From positions 384,001 to 448,000 of the forward strand of contig CAVYRF010000001.1 of NCBI GenBank assembly GCA_963770895.1: DNA of 64,000 nt, given 5' to 3'. This document shows, in pieces, positions 53,235 through 63,500 of the stretch (positions are counted from its first letter, which is position 1; each line of letters starts with the position of its first letter). Under the pieces are notes generated by a model. It was not told where the DNA came from. It ran no database searches and saw only the letters and a program-made list of their open reading frames with translations. The position numbers were made by a program, and so were the translations under genes. Source of the stretch: an uncultured Acidobacteriota bacterium (GTDB lineage Bacteria > Acidobacteriota > Thermoanaerobaculia > Multivoradales > UBA5704).

Positions 53235-55664
53235 ATGAGGCACCTGGGCCGAGACCTGCACGTCGCACTCCTCAGACTCCGCAAGAAGCCATTGAGCAGC
53301 CTGGTGATCGTCCTCACCCTGGCGCTCTGCATCGGCACCGGCACGGCGCTGCTCACCGTCATCAAGGGGGCCCTGCTGGATCCGTGGCCCTACGTGGGGC
53401 AGGACCGGATCCTGGCCATGCGGGGCAACTATCCGAAACTGAGCCAGCCGGCGAAGAGCTCCTGGTCGGTCCCCGACTACCTGGACCTGAGCCAGCAGAA
53501 GGGGATCTTCGACGGCATTCTCGCGGGGATGTCCCACGACGTGAACCTCACCGACGGCAGCCAGCCGGAGCATCTGCACGCGGTGCAGATGACCGCCGAA
53601 GGCTTCCACATGCTCGGGGTCACGCCGCTCCTGGGGCGTTACTACACGTCCGAGGAGGATCGCCCGGGAGGGGAGAAGGTGGTGGTCATGGCCTACGGCC
53701 TCTGGCAGCGCCGCTATGGCGGCGACCCCCAGATCGTCGGCAAGAGCCTGCGCGTGGAGGGAGACAGCTACCAGATCATCGGCGTCATGCCCGATCGGTT
53801 CCGGTGGTGGGACGCCAGCCTCTGGTTCCCGCTGGGGCTCGACCTGACCCTCACCGACCGCTCGCAGCGAAACCTGTACGCCCAGGCGCGCCTCCGCCCG
53901 GGTGTGAGCCTGGAGCAGGCGCAGGCACAGCTCGCAAGCCTGGCCCGCCGGATCGAAAGCGACCACCTGGGCACCAACCCTGAATACGAGCATTTCAGCT
54001 TCCGGCTGATCCATCTCCGGGACGAGGTGCTGCGCGATCTTCGGCTCTCGCTCGTCGTGCTGCTGGCCTTCATGATCGTGGTGTACCTGATGGCCTGCGC
54101 CAACATCGCCAACCTGCTGCTGGCCGAGGCCGCGGCGCGCCGCCGGGAGATGGCCGTGCGCACGGCCCTGGGCGCCGGCCCCGGGCAGCTCGTGCGGCAG
54201 ATCATGGTGGAGTGCCTCGTCTTCACCCTGCCGGGGGCCGCGCTGGGGCTCGGCCTCGCCGTCGTGATCGTGAGGTCGGTCCTGACGCTGATCCCCTACG
54301 GCTATATCCCGGCGGAGGCGGTGATCGAGGTCGGCCCGTCGGCGGTGGCCTTCAGCCTCGTCCTGGCGCTGGTCGCTGCCGGGCTCTGCGGCCTGGGGCC
54401 GGCGCGGGAGGCGAGCCGCACGGCCAACCTCGCGGCGCTGCGGGAGGGGGGGCAGCGGTCGATCGGCACGCAGCAGGTCCGCCGCTTCCAGGACCTCCTG
54501 GTGGTCGGCGAGGTGGTGATGGCCCTGATGGTGTTGGCCGCCGCGGGCCTGATGATTCAGAGCTACGTCCGCCTCACGGCTGTCTCCCCGGGCTTCGATC
54601 CCAAGGGGGTCCTGACGATGCGGACGACCCTGTCGGCGGACCGCTACACACAGGACGCCCAGGTGGCGAGCTTTGTCCAGGAGCTGCTGCGGCGGGCCCG
54701 CGCCATCCCGGGCGTCCAGGCGGCCGGGGCCGTCAGCTCGGTGCCGCTGACCGGCGGCCCCAGCCGGGTGGTGCTGCTCGAGGGTCGGTCGGCGGCCGAG
54801 CTCGGCTTCATCCCCGAGGCCAACACGCGAGTGGCGACCGCCGGCTACTTCCAGGCCCTGCGGATCCCGCTCCTCCAGGGGCGGACTTTCGGCGATCAGG
54901 ACGTGCAGGGCTCCCAGCCGGTCGTGGTCATCAACCAGACCATGGCGCAACGGTTCTGGCCGGGCCAGAGCCCGCTCGGCAAGCGGATACAGCTCGCCGA
55001 CGCCCTCCCCACCGACCCCTGGCTCACCGTGGTGGGGGTCGCCGGCGACGTGCGCGAGGACCGCCTCGAGACCGAGCCGCGGCCGCAGCTCTATCTCCCC
55101 TTCCCCCAGCGGCCGTTCCGGGGGCGTGACCTGGTGCTCACCGCGCGCTCCAGCCAGAGACCCGAGTGGCTCTCGCGGACGTTGCGGGACACGGTGCTCG
55201 CCCTCGACCCGAACCAGCCGGTCTACGAAGTGCAGACCCTGGAAGAGATCGTCGCCAATTCTCTCGGCGCCAAGCGGCTCACCCTGGTCCTCCTGTCGAT
55301 CTTCGGCCTCACCTCGCTGCTGCTGGCCGGGTTGGGGATCTTCGCCGTGCTCGCCCACCTGGTCAACAACCGCCAGCAGGAGATCGGGGTGCGCATGGCC
55401 CTGGGAGCGCAGGTCCAGACGGTGGTCGGCCAGTTCGTGGCACACGGCCTCCGCCTGGCGGCGATCGGCACCGCCATCGGTCTCCTCTCCGCCTTCTTCT
55501 CCTCCCAGGTGCTGGCCAGCCTGGTCTACGGGGTCAGCACCAGCGATCCCCTGACCTTCGCCGGCATCGCGCTCCTGTTCGGGGCCATCGCCGCTCTCGC
55601 CAGCTACATACCGGCCCGGCGGGCGGCGCAGGTCGATCCGGTCGTGACGCTCAACGGCGGTTAG
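53235..55664 (+). CDS. ABC permease, ADOP (duplicated MacB/FtsX) type
   Basis: TLALCIG, ACANIANLLL, EMAVRTALGA, PGFDP, EIGVRMALGA, PARRAAQVDP. Confidence 0.93.
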   Translation: MRHLGRDLHVALLRLRKKPLSSLVIVLTLALCIGTGTALLTVIKGALLDPWPYVGQDRILAMRGNYPKLSQPAKSSWSVPDYLDLSQQKGIFDGILAGMSHDVNLTDGSQPEHLHAVQMTAEGFHMLGVTPLLGRYYTSEEDRPGGEKVVVMAYGLWQRRYGGDPQIVGKSLRVEGDSYQIIGVMPDRFRWWDASLWFPLGLDLTLTDRSQRNLYAQARLRPGVSLEQAQAQLASLARRIESDHLGTNPEYEHFSFRLIHLRDEVLRDLRLSLVVLLAFMIVVYLMACANIANLLLAEAAARRREMAVRTALGAGPGQLVRQIMVECLVFTLPGAALGLGLAVVIVRSVLTLIPYGYIPAEAVIEVGPSAVAFSLVLALVAAGLCGLGPAREASRTANLAALREGGQRSIGTQQVRRFQDLLVVGEVVMALMVLAAAGLMIQSYVRLTAVSPGFDPKGVLTMRTTLSADRYTQDAQVASFVQELLRRARAIPGVQAAGAVSSVPLTGGPSRVVLLEGRSAAELGFIPEANTRVATAGYFQALRIPLLQGRTFGDQDVQGSQPVVVINQTMAQRFWPGQSPLGKRIQLADALPTDPWLTVVGVAGDVREDRLETEPRPQLYLPFPQRPFRGRDLVLTARSSQRPEWLSRTLRDTVLALDPNQPVYEVQTLEEIVANSLGAKRLTLVLLSIFGLTSLLLAGLGIFAVLAHLVNNRQQEIGVRMALGAQVQTVVGQFVAHGLRLAAIGTAIGLLSAFFSSQVLASLVYGVSTSDPLTFAGIALLFGAIAALASYIPARRAAQVDPVVTLNGG

Positions 55665-55796
55665 GCCCGGTCCAGCCGGGTCTCGCAGCGATCCATCCTC
55701 CCCCAGGTGGCAACGGCCTGGGGGACGACGCCCCCTCCCCCTAAATCTCCAGCGCCAGTAGCGCGAGCGCCGCCGCGGGACGGTGTCTGATCGCTG

Positions 55797-55825
55797 TTGA
55801 CTTCCTATAGATATTTTGTTTTATT
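55797..55825 (+). promoter_or_regulatory. Possible promoter of the GT-GT-carbamoyltransferase-NRPS operon
   Basis: TTGACT-N17-TTTATT with upstream TG in an AT-rich patch, 9 nt before the ATG. Confidence 0.4.
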
Positions 55826-55834
55826 CACATACGC

Positions 55835-57166
55835 ATGTCTATTAGAGTGCTTTTAACGAATCTCGGTTCTGTCGGCGATGTCCAGCCTCTCTTCGCGCTG
55901 GCCGCGGAGATGCGGTCGCAGGGTCACCGCCCTGTCCTTGCCCTCGCGCCGCTCTTCAGGTCCCGGGTCCGTGAGCTCGATTTCGACTACACCCCTCTGG
56001 GACCGGACCTCGACTTCCCCGAGATCGACCGCCGGGCGATCGGCGCCCTGCTGCGGGGAGTGGATCCCTTGGAGGTCATGCGCGATTCTCTCGCCCTCCT
56101 CGACTCGATGCTCCCCGACCTGCTCGCGACGACTCTCGCGCTGAGCCTTGACGCCGACGTCCTGGTGAGCGGTCATCTCCAGCCGGCGGCCCAGATGGTC
56201 CATGAGCTGACGCAGATCCCTTTCGTCTCGGTGCAGGTCAACCACTTCGGGGGGCGCCGGGCAGCGGGGGAGAGGGAGGCGCTCGCGCACGTGATCAACG
56301 CCTTCCGGCGCCGGCATGGCCTCGCGCCGCTCTCCGATCCCATGCACAGCGACGCGAACTCGCCGCAGCTAGCCCTCTACGCGATCAGCCGTCACCTCGG
56401 CCTCACGACCGAGGGCTGGCCGGAGCACCACCACGTCACCGGCTTTTTCTTCCTGGAAGAGGGCGGCTGGGCACCCCCGTCCGACCTAGCGGATTTCCTG
56501 ACGGGCGGTGAGCCGCCGGTCGTGCTTTCGTTCAGCAGCCTGTCCCACGAAGACCCGGGGGCGGTGACGGATCTGCTCGTCGCGGCGATGCGCCGCGCGG
56601 GATGCCGGGCGATCCTCCAGCGAGGGTGGAGCGGTCTGGGGGAGGGCAGCATGCCGGCCGGGATCAAGGTCGCGGGCTTCGTTCCCCATGCCTGGCTCTT
56701 CCCGCGCGCCGCCTGCGTCGTCCACCACGGCGGAGCCCAGACCTCGGCGGCGGTGTTCCGCGCCGGCGTGCCCGCGGTGGTCGTGCCCCACGTCCGCGAT
56801 CAACCGATCTGGGCGGAGCTCAGCCGCGACCTGGGGGTTTCCGGCCCTCCTCTCTCCTCCGCGGAGCTCAGTGCGGAGAGCCTCGCCGCGCGGATCAGCG
56901 AAACTCTTTCCAATCCTCGCCATCGCCAGGCGGCGGCCGACCTGGGCGCCAGGGTGCGCGCCGAACAGGGCGTGGCGCGGGCGCGGCATCTCATCGAGCG
57001 ATTGGTCGGCAAGGTCGGCCTCTGCCAGCAGGCGACGGCCGGCGAGGATCTGGCCGGCGTGGCGCGCGGACGACAGCCGGCGCGGCGTGCTGCCTACCTG
57101 GCACAGCGCCGGGAGCTGCGGCGGGAAGCCTCGCGGTCCGGCTTCCGCGAGGAATCGATCCCATGA
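55835..57166 (+). CDS. Family 1 glycosyltransferase (GT28-N/UDPGT; natural-product type)
   Basis: GSVGDVQP, GHRPV, FVPHAWLFPR, VHHGG, P..RDQPIW. Confidence 0.92.
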   Translation: MSIRVLLTNLGSVGDVQPLFALAAEMRSQGHRPVLALAPLFRSRVRELDFDYTPLGPDLDFPEIDRRAIGALLRGVDPLEVMRDSLALLDSMLPDLLATTLALSLDADVLVSGHLQPAAQMVHELTQIPFVSVQVNHFGGRRAAGEREALAHVINAFRRRHGLAPLSDPMHSDANSPQLALYAISRHLGLTTEGWPEHHHVTGFFFLEEGGWAPPSDLADFLTGGEPPVVLSFSSLSHEDPGAVTDLLVAAMRRAGCRAILQRGWSGLGEGSMPAGIKVAGFVPHAWLFPRAACVVHHGGAQTSAAVFRAGVPAVVVPHVRDQPIWAELSRDLGVSGPPLSSAELSAESLAARISETLSNPRHRQAAADLGARVRAEQGVARARHLIERLVGKVGLCQQATAGEDLAGVARGRQPARRAAYLAQRRELRREASRSGFREESIP

Positions 57167-58530
57167 GGGCCTCTGAATCTCCGGTTCCGGAGGACCTGTC
57201 GCCCGAGCAAGTGCATGGAGATCGTCTGCGGGTGGCGCTCCTCACGGTGGAGTACGGGCCCGACCTGAGCGGTGGCGTGGGCACCCACGCGCGCGAGATC
57301 GCCACCGGGCTGGCCCGGCAAGGGCACGAGGTGGACGTCCTGGCGCTCGGCTCGGGTGCGTCCGGCGCAGTGGCGGAAGATGGCGTCAACGTTCATCGGG
57401 TCTCCCCGGAAGGCGGGGCGGCGGGAGCCGCCCGGGTCTCAATGGCACGGGCGATCGATGTCTTCAACGCCGAGCTGCTGACGTATGGCCGCAAGCTGCT
57501 CACCTCGCGGGCGCATCGCCCCGACCTCCTGCAGTTCTACAACTGGCTGACCTTCCCGGCCGCCTGGCGGCTGGGAGAAGAGCTGGGAATCCCCGTGCTG
57601 GGGCGTTTCTCTTTTCTCTCCGAGCCGATCGAGCGCTTTTGGGGGCAGACCCCCGACCCCGAGATCGTGGAGCGCGAGCGGCAGGTGTTTCAGCAGCCGC
57701 TTCCCCTGATCGCGGTCAGCCGTTCGATGGCGGACCTGATCGCCAGGACCCATGGGGTCCCAGAGGCCCGGATGGACGTGATCCGCAACGGCATCGACGA
57801 GCGGTCGATCGCGCGCACCAGGCTCCCTGTCGCGGCCCGCGAGCGGCTGCGGCGCACCATCGCCAGGGAGGACGAGCCGATCCTTCTCTTCGCCGGGCGG
57901 CTCAATCCGCAGAAGGGGATCGCGCCGCTCCTGGAGTCGGCCGGCGAGGTGGTCGCCGCCGAGCCGCGGGCTCGCTACCTGATCGTCGGGGAGCCTGACT
58001 CGCGGGACTTCCGGCGGGCGATCGATGGGATGCTCGACCGGCGTTCGGGTCTGCGCGAACGGGTCACATTTCTCGGCAGGGTCCCGCGCAAGCAGCTCGA
58101 GATGCTCTATCAGGTCGCCGATATGGCGGTGATGCCGTCGATCTATGAGCCTTTCGGTTGGGTGGCCGTCGAGGCCATGGCGGCGGGCCTGCCTGTCGTG
58201 GCCACGCCGGCGGGGGGTACGGCGGAGATCGTCGTGCATCGTCACACCGGGCTTCTGGTTCCTGTCCGCGAGAGCGCCGCGGGCAGCCACACGCTGGATG
58301 CCGGCGAGCTCGCCGCGGCCCAGCTGGAGGTGTTGCGAGATCGGGACCTGGCGCGCCAGTTGGGGGAGGCGGGGCGCCGGCGCGTCCTGACGGAATTCAC
58401 CTGTGAGCGGATGGTCCAGGCGACGATCCGGACCTATCGCGCAGTGGTCGCCGAGGGTGGCGATCGCCGCCTGATGTCCATTCCACATGTCACTACGCCC
58501 ACCGACCGAGAACCCAGGACCCAGGCATGA
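57163..58530 (+). CDS. Family 4 glycosyltransferase
   Basis: EY.P..SGGVG, NGID, FAGRL..QKG, PSIYEPFG..AVEAM; ATGA overlap with the upstream GT. Confidence 0.92.
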   Translation: MRASESPVPEDLSPEQVHGDRLRVALLTVEYGPDLSGGVGTHAREIATGLARQGHEVDVLALGSGASGAVAEDGVNVHRVSPEGGAAGAARVSMARAIDVFNAELLTYGRKLLTSRAHRPDLLQFYNWLTFPAAWRLGEELGIPVLGRFSFLSEPIERFWGQTPDPEIVERERQVFQQPLPLIAVSRSMADLIARTHGVPEARMDVIRNGIDERSIARTRLPVAARERLRRTIAREDEPILLFAGRLNPQKGIAPLLESAGEVVAAEPRARYLIVGEPDSRDFRRAIDGMLDRRSGLRERVTFLGRVPRKQLEMLYQVADMAVMPSIYEPFGWVAVEAMAAGLPVVATPAGGTAEIVVHRHTGLLVPVRESAAGSHTLDAGELAAAQLEVLRDRDLARQLGEAGRRRVLTEFTCERMVQATIRTYRAVVAEGGDRRLMSIPHVTTPTDREPRTQA

Positions 58531-60593
58531 TCATTGTTGGCTTTTCCGGAGGCCCGAACGCCATCCACGAGAAGATCTTCGAGGTCTTCCCCGCGGCCAT
58601 GCACGACTCGGCGGCGGTGCTTTTGCGTGACGGCGAGGTCGTGGCGGCCATCGAGCAGGAGCGCCTGGACCGGATCAAGCACTCCAACAAGGCGCCCCTG
58701 GATGCGATCCGCTTCTGCCTCGACTCGGCGGAGCTGCGCGTCGGGGACGTGGACCGCTGGGTTTTCTACGGTGAGCAGGCCTACTGGGACCGGCTGCTCC
58801 AGACCTATTACCTGGAGCACTTCGACGCGCCCCGGCTATTGGATGCCCGGACGTTTCTGCGCTCGATCCTGGCGCGGGAGCTGGGGGCGGAGATCCCCGC
58901 CGGGCAACCGCTGTTCGTCGGCCACCACCTGGCCCACGCGATGAGCGCGGCAGCCATGTCCGGCTTTGCGGAGAGCCTGGTGGTGACCCTCGACGGCGAG
59001 GGAGACCAGATCGCCGGCACCGTCTACACCGCCCTGGGCACCCAGCTCGAGCTTCTGGAAACCATTCCCGAGGAGCGCTCCCTGGGCTACTTCTACCTGC
59101 GGGTGATCAACTTCCTCGGCTTTCGCATGTTCGACGAATACAAGGTCATGGGGCTCGCTCCCTATGGCGATCCCGGGCGCTATGAAAAGCTTTTCAAGAG
59201 TCTCTACACGCTGGCGCCGGGGGGGCGGTATACCGTCGCCGCCAAGCCGGCGCCGAGGCTCTTCGAGATCGCGCCGCCGCGCCGTCCCGGGGAGCCGATC
59301 GCGCAGGTGCACATGGACATCGCCGCCGCCCTGCAGAGCTCGCTCGAGGAGATCGTCTTCCACGTGCTGCGCCACTACCGGGAGGCCGCCGGGCGGCGCC
59401 ATCTCTGTCTGGCCGGAGGGGTGGCCCACAACTGCACCTTGAACGGCAAGCTCCTGCGCTCGGGCCTCTTCGAAGATGTCTTCGTGCAGCCGGCTTCGCA
59501 CGACGCCGGCTGCGCGCTCGGCGCCGCCCTCACGGTGCACGCGCGGGAGACCGGCTGCAGGCCCGGGCGGCGTCTCTCCCACGTCTACTGGGGGAGCAAT
59601 CTGGGCGATGCCGCGAAGGTGGCGGACGAGCTGTCGCTGTGGGAACGCTTCCTCGCCATCGAGCGGGTTGCCGACGTGTGTGCCACGGCCGCCGAGCTCC
59701 TGGCGCGCGGCCTGGTCCTCGGGTGGGTGCAGGGGCGTTCGGAGTTCGGTCCCCGCGCCCTGGGCAACCGCAGCATCGTCGCGGACCCGCGGCCGGCGCG
59801 GAACAAGGATCTGATCAATGCCATGGTCAAGAAGCGGGAGGCCTTCCGGCCCTTCGCGCCGTCCGTGCTCGAGGAGCGAGCGCATGAGTTCTTCGAGCTG
59901 CCCGCGGGCGTCGATCGGCTCCCTTTCATGGTGTACACGGTCGGCGTGCGGGAGGAGAAGCGGGGGCTCCTCGGGGCCGTCACGCACGTCGACGGTTCGG
60001 CGCGCATCCAGACGGTGTCGCGGCACACCAACGAGCGCTACTGGCGGCTCATCGATGAGTTCGGCCGGCGGACCGGCGTGCCCGTGGTGCTCAACACATC
60101 GTTCAACAACAACGCGGAGCCGATCGTCGATTCGGTGCGCGACGCGGTGGCCTGCTTCCTGACCACCCAGCTCAATGGCCTGGTGGTGGGCGATTTCGTG
60201 ATTCACAAGCGGCAAGTCTCCCCGGTCGATTACCTGCGGCTGGTGCCGACGCTGCCGCGCCACGTCGAGGTTGCGGAGCACCGCGCCTACTCTCCCGAAT
60301 CCGGTTGGGAGAGCCGCTGCCGGATCGCGAGCAACGCCGCGGGGAGACAAGGTCAGGCGATCTCGAAACCGATGCACGACCTCCTCGCGAGGATCGACGG
60401 ACGATCCTCGTTGGAGAGCCTGCTGGCCGCGGATGGGCCTTTCAGCGGCCGCATGGAGGACCTGATCCAAGAGACCCTGGGTCTCTGGAGCAGCCGCCTG
60501 TTGGGTCTGGCTCCCGCCACCGTGGTGGGGACGGAGCAGGCCGCCGGGATGGCCGCGGTCGTGGGAGGTGAGCATGAACGTTGCCCTCCATGA
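58527..60593 (+). CDS. O-carbamoyltransferase (NodU/CmcH/TobZ family)
   Basis: HDSAAVL, EQERLDRIKH, HHLAHA, DGEG, EYKVMGLAPYG, GGVAHN, EFGPRALGNRS, KKREAFRPFAP, LNTSFN. Confidence 0.96.
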   Translation: MIIVGFSGGPNAIHEKIFEVFPAAMHDSAAVLLRDGEVVAAIEQERLDRIKHSNKAPLDAIRFCLDSAELRVGDVDRWVFYGEQAYWDRLLQTYYLEHFDAPRLLDARTFLRSILARELGAEIPAGQPLFVGHHLAHAMSAAAMSGFAESLVVTLDGEGDQIAGTVYTALGTQLELLETIPEERSLGYFYLRVINFLGFRMFDEYKVMGLAPYGDPGRYEKLFKSLYTLAPGGRYTVAAKPAPRLFEIAPPRRPGEPIAQVHMDIAAALQSSLEEIVFHVLRHYREAAGRRHLCLAGGVAHNCTLNGKLLRSGLFEDVFVQPASHDAGCALGAALTVHARETGCRPGRRLSHVYWGSNLGDAAKVADELSLWERFLAIERVADVCATAAELLARGLVLGWVQGRSEFGPRALGNRSIVADPRPARNKDLINAMVKKREAFRPFAPSVLEERAHEFFELPAGVDRLPFMVYTVGVREEKRGLLGAVTHVDGSARIQTVSRHTNERYWRLIDEFGRRTGVPVVLNTSFNNNAEPIVDSVRDAVACFLTTQLNGLVVGDFVIHKRQVSPVDYLRLVPTLPRHVEVAEHRAYSPESGWESRCRIASNAAGRQGQAISKPMHDLLARIDGRSSLESLLAADGPFSGRMEDLIQETLGLWSSRLLGLAPATVVGTEQAAGMAAVVGGEHERCPP

Positions 60594-63500
60594 GCCTCGC
60601 AGTTTTCATGAGCTCCTGCGGGCGCGCGCCGCCGGCGACCCCGGCCGCTGGGCCTATTCGTTCCTGGCCGAGGGCGAAACGGAGTCGGCGCGGCTCACCT
60701 ACGGAGAGCTGGATGCACAGGCGCGCGCCATCGCCGTGCGGCTGCTCCAGGCAACTTCCCCAGGCGACCGGGCGCTGCTGCTCTATCCCCCGGGGCTGGA
60801 GTTCGTCGCCGCCTTCTTCGGCTGCCTCTACGCGGGGGTGGTGGCGGTGCCCGCCTATCCGCCGCGCTCCCACCGGCGTTCCGGCCGGTTGGCCGCCATC
60901 GTCCAGGATGCCCGCCCCGCGACCGTCCTCACCACCGCGGCTCTCGCCGCGCGCTGGGCGGCGGCGGAGGGGCGGCCGGCGGAGCTGCGGAGCCTGGGCT
61001 GGATCGCCACCGACGAGCTGCCCGCGGACCTGGCCGCCGGCTGGCGGGAGCCGCGGACCGGCCGCCCGTCCCTGGCCTTCCTGCAGTACACCTCGGGCTC
61101 GACCTCCACTCCCAAGGGGGTGATGGTGAGCCACGGCAACCTGCTCGCCAACCAGGAGATGATCCGGCTCGCTTTCGGGCAGTCGGAGGCTTCGGTGATC
61201 GTCGGCTGGCTACCCGTCTACCACGACATGGGGCTGATCGGTAACGTCCTGCAGCCGCTGTACGTGGGCGCTCCGTGCGTCCTGATGCCGCCGCTGGCGT
61301 TCCTGCAGAGCCCGGCGCGCTGGCTGCGGGCGGTGTCGCGGTATCGCGCCACCACCAGCGGCGGTCCCAGCTTCGCCTACGAGCTTTGCGCGCAGCGCGT
61401 CTCCGCGGAGGTCCGGCGGGACTTCGACCTGAGCTCCTGGCGGGTGGCCTTCAACGGCGCGGAGCCGGTGCGGGCGGACATCCTCGACCGCTTCGCCGAG
61501 GCCTTCGCTCCCTGCGGCTTCCAGCGGCAGGCCTTCTATCCGTGCTACGGCCTGGCGGAGGCGACGCTCTTCGTCAGCGGCGGCGAGATCCAGGCACCGC
61601 CCGTGGTGCGGGAGCGCGAGGGGCGCCCGCTGGTGGGCTGCGGGCGGTCCTGGGACGGGCAGCGGATCGTGGTGGTCTCCCCCGAGACGCTGGCGCCGTG
61701 CGGCGAGGCAGAGGTGGGGGAGATCTGGGTCGCCGGCCCCAGCGTGGCGCAGGGCTACTGGGGGCGCCCGGAAGCCAGCGGGGAGGCCTTCGGCGCCTGC
61801 CTGGCCGGCGGCGAGGGCCCCTTCCTGCGCACCGGGGACCTGGGCTTCCTGGCGGCCGGCGAGCTGTTCGTGACCGGACGTATCAAGGACCTCATCATCG
61901 TCCGCGGGCGCAACCACTACCCGCAGGACCTGGAGCTCACGGCCGAACGCAGCCTCCCCGGCCTGCGGCCGGGCGGCGGCGGCGCCTTCACGGCGGAGGT
62001 GGCAGGGGAGGAGCGCCTGGTGGTGGTCCACGAGGTAGAGCGGGGCGCCCACGTCGACCCGCTGGCGGCGTTGCAGGCCATCCGTGAGGCGATCGCCGAA
62101 GAGCACGACGTCCACGTGCACCGGGTGGTACTGATCCGGGCCGGCTCCCTGCCCAGGACCTCCAGCGGCAAGGTCCAGCGCTACGCCTGCCGGCAGGCCT
62201 TCCTGCACGGCGCTTTGGAGACCTTCGCCGATGCCGCGCCGGTGCCGGAGGGCGGGGCGCCGCAGCGCCGCGATCCGCTGGAGGAGCTGCTGCGGGATCG
62301 GATCGCCCGCGCCCTGCAGGTGGAGCCGTCCCAGGTCAGTCTCCAGCGCTCGCTGCCGTCCCTCGGCTTCGACTCGCTGATGGCGGCCAACCTGAAGGCC
62401 GAGCTGGAGGCCGAGCTGGGCGTCGCCGTGCCCCTGGTGCCGCTGCTCGAGGCCCGCGGCCTGACCGAGGTCGTCGACCTCCTGCGCGCCGAGGGCGCCG
62501 TGCCCGCGGCGGCGATCCCCCTCGCACCGGGGGCGGCCGCGGACAGCGGAGGCCTGCCCGCGTCCCACGGCCAGAAGGCCCTCTGGTACCTGCAGCGGCT
62601 GGCTCCCGAGAGCGCGGCCTACAACGTCGCCGCCGCGGCGGTCCTCGACGCCGAGCCGGATGCCGTCCTTCTGCAGCGGGCGTTGCGCGCCCTGGCGGAC
62701 CGCCACCAGGCCCTGCGCACGCTGTTCCCGAGCGAGCGCGGCGAGCCGGTCCAGCAGGTCCAGGCCACGCTGGAGCCGGACTGCGCCGCCGTGGACGCCC
62801 GCGGCTGGAGCGACGGCGAGCTGAGCGCCCGCATGGATGCCGAGGTGCTGCGCCCGTTCGTCCTGGACGCCGGGCCGCTGCTGCGCGTCCGGCTCTATCG
62901 CCGCCCCGCCGGCCGGCCGGTGCTGCTGCTGGTGGTCCACCACGTCGTGGCGGATTTCTGGTCGCTCTGCAACCTCGTGACCGAGCTGGGGCTCCTGCTC
63001 GGCGAGCTGGCGGGCGGCGAGCCTGCCGGCCTGGCGCCCCTGCCGCTGACCTACGGCGACTGGGCGCGGTGGCAGCAGCGAATGCTCGCCGAGCGCGGCG
63101 AGGAGCTGTGGGAGGGCTGGCGCCGGCGCCTGGCCGGGCTGTCCGCTCTCGCCCTCCCCGTCGACGAGCCCTCGCCCGCCGTGCAGAGCTTCCGCGGCGC
63201 GGGCCGCCGCCTGCATGTCGGCGGGGAGACCGCGGCGGCCGTGCGGTCGCTGGGGCGCGCACGCGGCGCCACGCTCTACATGACGCTCCTCGCCGCCTTG
63301 CAGACCGCCCTTCTCCGCTGGACCGGCCAGGAGGACGTCGCCGTGGGCTCGCCCTGCTCCGGGCGCGGCGACCGCCGGCTGTTCCCGCTCGTGGGGTACT
63401 TCGTCAACCTCCTCGTGCTGCGCTCCGATCTGAGCGGCGATCCCCCCTTCGGCGGGCTCCTGGAGAAGACCCGGCGGGTGGCGCTCGACGCCTTCGCCGG

